Shown here in pieces: positions 56,228 through 64,000 of a stretch of DNA of 64,000 bases. A program made the position numbers and the translations under genes. Below the pieces are notes generated by a model that was not told where the DNA came from, searched no databases, and was given only the letters and a program-made list of their open reading frames with translations. The stretch covers positions 6,820,001 through 6,884,000 of the forward strand of contig CM022676.1 in assembly GCA_012295275.1 (NCBI GenBank). Direction: 5' to 3'. Origin of the DNA: Chrysomallon squamiferum (Eukaryota; Animalia; Mollusca). Every line of letters begins with the position of its first letter. Positions within the stretch are counted from its first letter, which is position 1.

Positions 56228-57745
56228 TATAGATCAATCTATTTCACACTTTCTTAATATAAACTGAAACAATCATTTGTAAATAATGTTATCCATGGCA
56301 TTTTGAATACCTCAACACCAAAGTTTTCTGAATCAGTGTTATTGATTTATGGTATTGTCATCAAAAACATCTTGACAACAGCATTCAGTGTTTCTCTTTC
56401 TCTTTACCAATTATCAGTCTTTATTCCATAAATCCACATGTTTCACAACAAAAACAGAAGCTGATATTGTTGATTGTTGATTGTGTTTGAGAAAAAAAAC
56501 CAAGTCAGTTCATAAGTGAAAAAGACCGTTAGAGTGAAATTTAATATTTTACAGCCCAGTACCTCTGTATGTTAATATTGAATTACTAACACTGGCACTG
56601 TTTTCTGGATTATTGAAATTTTGGTTTTGAGAAAACTTGTAGTCAGTGTAAGGACTGATTGAGTAAACTTATTAATTCAGTATCTTAATATGAAAGCTTT
56701 GTGTTACTTCATCTTAATGACGTTGACATCAATTTCTGGATTATTAAGAAAACCCCTTAATTCTGAAATCAAAAGAACTTCTGGAGTCAACTTCTTAGTC
56801 TAATACTCTTACCATCAAAGATGTTGTGTTATATCATCTTAATGACATTGGCACTGCTTTCTGATTATTGATATTGTGGTCCTTGAAAAAAAAAAACATA
56901 ATTCTTAAAAAGGACTATTAATCCAATAACTGAGCATATAATCTTGATGCTGCCATTCTTACTCCTGTCTATATGTTATAATCCAGAGCCTATAACATCT
57001 GAACTAAGATATTTCTCTTAGAATTATCTAACACTTGATTTTTGCCTCTGCAGTCGCTATGCTCATAACAAAAAGCTGGATGCTCGTTTATATACACTGA
57101 AATTTTTCAAGGCTTAGTTCTGAAGCTGTAAAACATCAGAGTTCATGAAAGAGTCAGAATTTCACACTATTCATTTAGATTGATATTTTAGTCTTACTGC
57201 TTTTAAGTTTTTTGCTTCTACAAGAGGTACTCCTGTATATGTTTTATCATGTGGTTTTAAGTAAACGAAATGCTGTAAAATAATTTGTGTGTAAGTATAC
57301 TTTTATAACTATTAGCTTAATCTAATGTAAAAAAAAAAAGAAGAAGAAGAAGAAAATAATGGTGCATGTAAAATTATTGACAGATGGAAAAGATGAGAAC
57401 AAGTTTTTTTTTGTTTTGTTTTTTTGACAATTTAAATATTTTCAGTTAATTGATGTTTTGATTATATTTAAAATACTGTGCATGTCAAGCCATTTGCAAC
57501 AAATAAAAAAATATGTTATGTGTATTTATTCTGTATTATTATTATTATTACTTATTTTATTTATTCTCTTTTTTTTCCCAGATATTTTTATATTGATTAA
57601 CACGCTAGCTTTAGATGTATAATTATTTGTAATGTTCGCTTGTCTCATTTCCTTATGAAAATAAAAATAGAAAAATTCAGAATATTGTCTTTTTACCTTT
57701 GTTGTTATATCCATCTACCTATCTATCTAGACACACACATATATA

Positions 57746-57785
<40 letters not shown>

Positions 57786-58257
57786 ATTATTTTACTAAAT
57801 ATAATGTCAGTTAAGTATCACTGGAACAGGACTATGGTGTATGTTACATGGTCAGTTACATTGTCTAGAATGGGAGAAAAGTGAGGGTTTGGATGTTCAT
57901 TTTGCATTAACCAATTACATCAACTCTAAAGATAATCAAAGATGACACCATTGATTAATTTGTTGGGTTAATATTGGATCAAAGTAAATGAATAAAATAT
58001 ATTAATTTTACAAATATGAATATGTTTAAATGTATAAACGTAAAATCCGATTCATATGAATTTCACAAATACAGATGTGTTAAATTTAGAAGAAGAAAAA
58101 ACAACAGTATCTTTACAAAATATTTAAAATCGAAAATAAATTTATTTCAAAAGGAAATGATTTTACATATAGCAAGAAAGGTTAAACTTCATAATTATTT
58201 TAAAACAACAAATCCAGTTTTTTTTTTTTTTTTATGAAATGGTGTAAATTCGAGATT

Positions 58258-59885
58258 ACTTAAAATATGAATGTAAAATTAGCAATGATCTGTATACAAA
58301 CTACAGAAAACTTAATATTTGAATGTAAAATTAGTAACATGATCTGTATGCAAATCAGACACATTTTAAACTTTGAAAGTAAAAGTAGTAACATGATCTG
58401 TATATAAACTAGAGACAACTTAAAATTTGAATGTAAAAGTAGTAACATGATCTGTATGCAAACTAGAAACAACTTAAAATTTGAATGTAAAATTAGTAAC
58501 ATGATCTGTAATCAAACTACAGAAAACTTAATATTTGAATGTAAAATTAGTAACATGATCTGTATGCAAACTAGAAACAACTTAAAATTTGAATGTAAAA
58601 TTAGTAACATGATCTATAATCAAACTACAGAAAACTTAATATTTGAATGTAAAATTAGTAACATGATCTGTATGCAAACTACAGAAAACTTACTACTTGA
58701 ATGTAAAATTAGTAACATGATCTGTATGCAAACTACAGAAAACTTAATATTTGAATGTAAAATTAGTAACATGATCTGTATGCAAACTACAGAAAACTTA
58801 CTATTTGAATGTAAAATTAGGAACATGATCTGTATGCAAATCAGAGACATTTTAAACTTTGAAAGTAAAAGTAGTAACATGATCTATATATAAACTAGAG
58901 ACAACTTAAAATTTGAATGTAAAATTAGTAACATGATCTGTATGCAAACTACAGAAAACTTACTATTTGAATGTAAAATTAGTAACATGATCTGTATGCA
59001 AACTAAAGAAAACTTACTACTTGAATGTAAAATTAGTAACATGATCTGTATGCAAACTAGAGACAATTCAAAATTTGAATGTAAAATTATGACATGCTCT
59101 GTACACAAATTACAGACAACTTAAAATATGAATAAAAGTAGTAACATCATCGGTATACAAACTAGAGACAGTTTAAAATTAAAATATGAATAAAATTAGT
59201 AACATGATCTGTATACAAACTAGAAACTTAAAATTTGAATGTAAAAGTAGTAACATGCTCTGTATGCAAACTAGAAACAACTTAAAATTTGAATGTAAAA
59301 GTAGTAACATAATCTGTATGTAAACTAGAAGCAACTTAAAATTTGAATGTAAAAGTAGTAACATGAACTGTATACAAAATAGAAACAATTTAAAGTTTGA
59401 CAGTAAAAGAAGTAACATGATCTGTAATCAAACTAGAGACATTTTAAAATTTTAAAATTTGATTGAACTGTATGACAACTAGAAACAATTCAAAATTTGA
59501 AAGTAAAAGTAGTAACATGATCTGTATACAAACTAGAGACAACTTAAAATATGAATAAAAGTAGTAACATGATCTGTATAGAAACAAGAGACAGTTTAAA
59601 ATTTGAATGTAAAATGAGTAACATGCACTCTACACAAACTAGAGACAACTTAAAATATGAATAAAAGTAGTAACATGATCTGTATACAAACTAGAGACAG
59701 TTTAAAATTTGAATGTAAAATGAGTAACATGCACTCTACACAAACTAGAGACAACTTAAAATATGAATAAAAGTAGTAACATGATCTGTATGCAAACTAG
59801 AAACAACTTAAAATTTGAATGTAAAAGTAAAACATGAACTGTATACAAAATAGAAACATTTTAAAGTTCAAATTTAAAAGTAGTA
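58258..59885. repeat. 54-bp minisatellite, about 30 copies
   Basis: Unit approximately TTTGAATGTAAAATTAGTAACATGATCTGTATGCAAACTACAGAAAACTTAATA; lies between the convergent zinc-finger and VWA genes. Confidence 0.95.
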
Positions 59886-60305
59886 ATATAATTAGTTATT
59901 AAACAATGAGTTTTTCTTTTAATAGCGTATTTATGAATACTGATTATGAATTTTCTCTTTGGTGTTACGAGTAAAGGAGACAATTAGCAGCAATAAACGA
60001 TTGTTTTTTGTACCTTCCCATAAATTAAAAAAAAAAATAAATGTTAAGAACTTTGATTTAGTTATTAAGTGAACATTAACATAATACACCAGGTCTTGAT
60101 TCTGCCCATTAAGCGAGAACTTTATCTTTTGAACTGTGGAGCAGTCCTGATTTTGCAGAGTTCACTTAATTATAGATCGTTTCTGCATTACTGTGTTTAT
60201 GGCGTTATATAATTATAACGATGGCTGCTGATATATGGAGCTACATTAACATTTTGCTTAGGAAACTATTTGAAATTAATTATATGGTTTAAATCAGAAT
60301 ATGTG

Positions 60306-60383
<78 letters not shown>

Positions 60384-60453
60384 ATTAAAAAATTAAATAA
60401 AAAAAAAAAAAAAAAAAAAGTAAAAATAAACATTTCTGACGATTTAAATAATT

Positions 60454-63364
<2,911 letters not shown>

Positions 63365-63440
63365 TTCTGACACTTCAAACAAAAAGTAAATTATAATGAA
63401 ATAATACTTATACGTGGATTATTAATAAGCCTGTAGTCAC

Positions 63441-63860
<420 letters not shown>

Positions 63861-63951
63861 GATTACCTTTCTCACACATTCTAAGCTGGACATAGTCACC
63901 CTCATCATCTACGTCAAAAGTTACAGTTTTCTTTTTTGAAGAACCTTTAAC

Positions 63952-63983
<32 letters not shown>

Positions 63984-64000
63984 TACTATTATTATGATTA

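Overview
This is AT-rich, microsatellite-dense, intron-rich animal DNA. A mollusc or other lophotrochozoan is my guess, not established. Almost all ORFs in the supplied track are simple-repeat artefacts. Splicing exons by hand (GT-AG, phases checked) gives four genes. (1) An RFX4-type winged-helix transcription factor on the minus strand: 9 coding exons, 18937 down to 2035, 3' half beyond the left edge; the ORF track mostly misses it. (2) A complete 20-exon ABCH-type half ABC transporter, + strand, 28350-41261, about 714 aa. (3) A 14-finger C2H2 protein, + strand, 49275-54321, about 593 aa. (4) A MIDAS-containing VWA protein resembling the bacterial YfbK / plant WAV3 type, minus strand, 63364-60454, about 554 aa. 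The best leads are X-box (RFX-binding) motifs within the RFX4 introns, a candidate internal promoter and a candidate poison exon in RFX4 intron 1, decayed tandem copies of splice junctions in several introns, and two long hairpins. I see no prokaryotic-type system and no coding-competent transposon.
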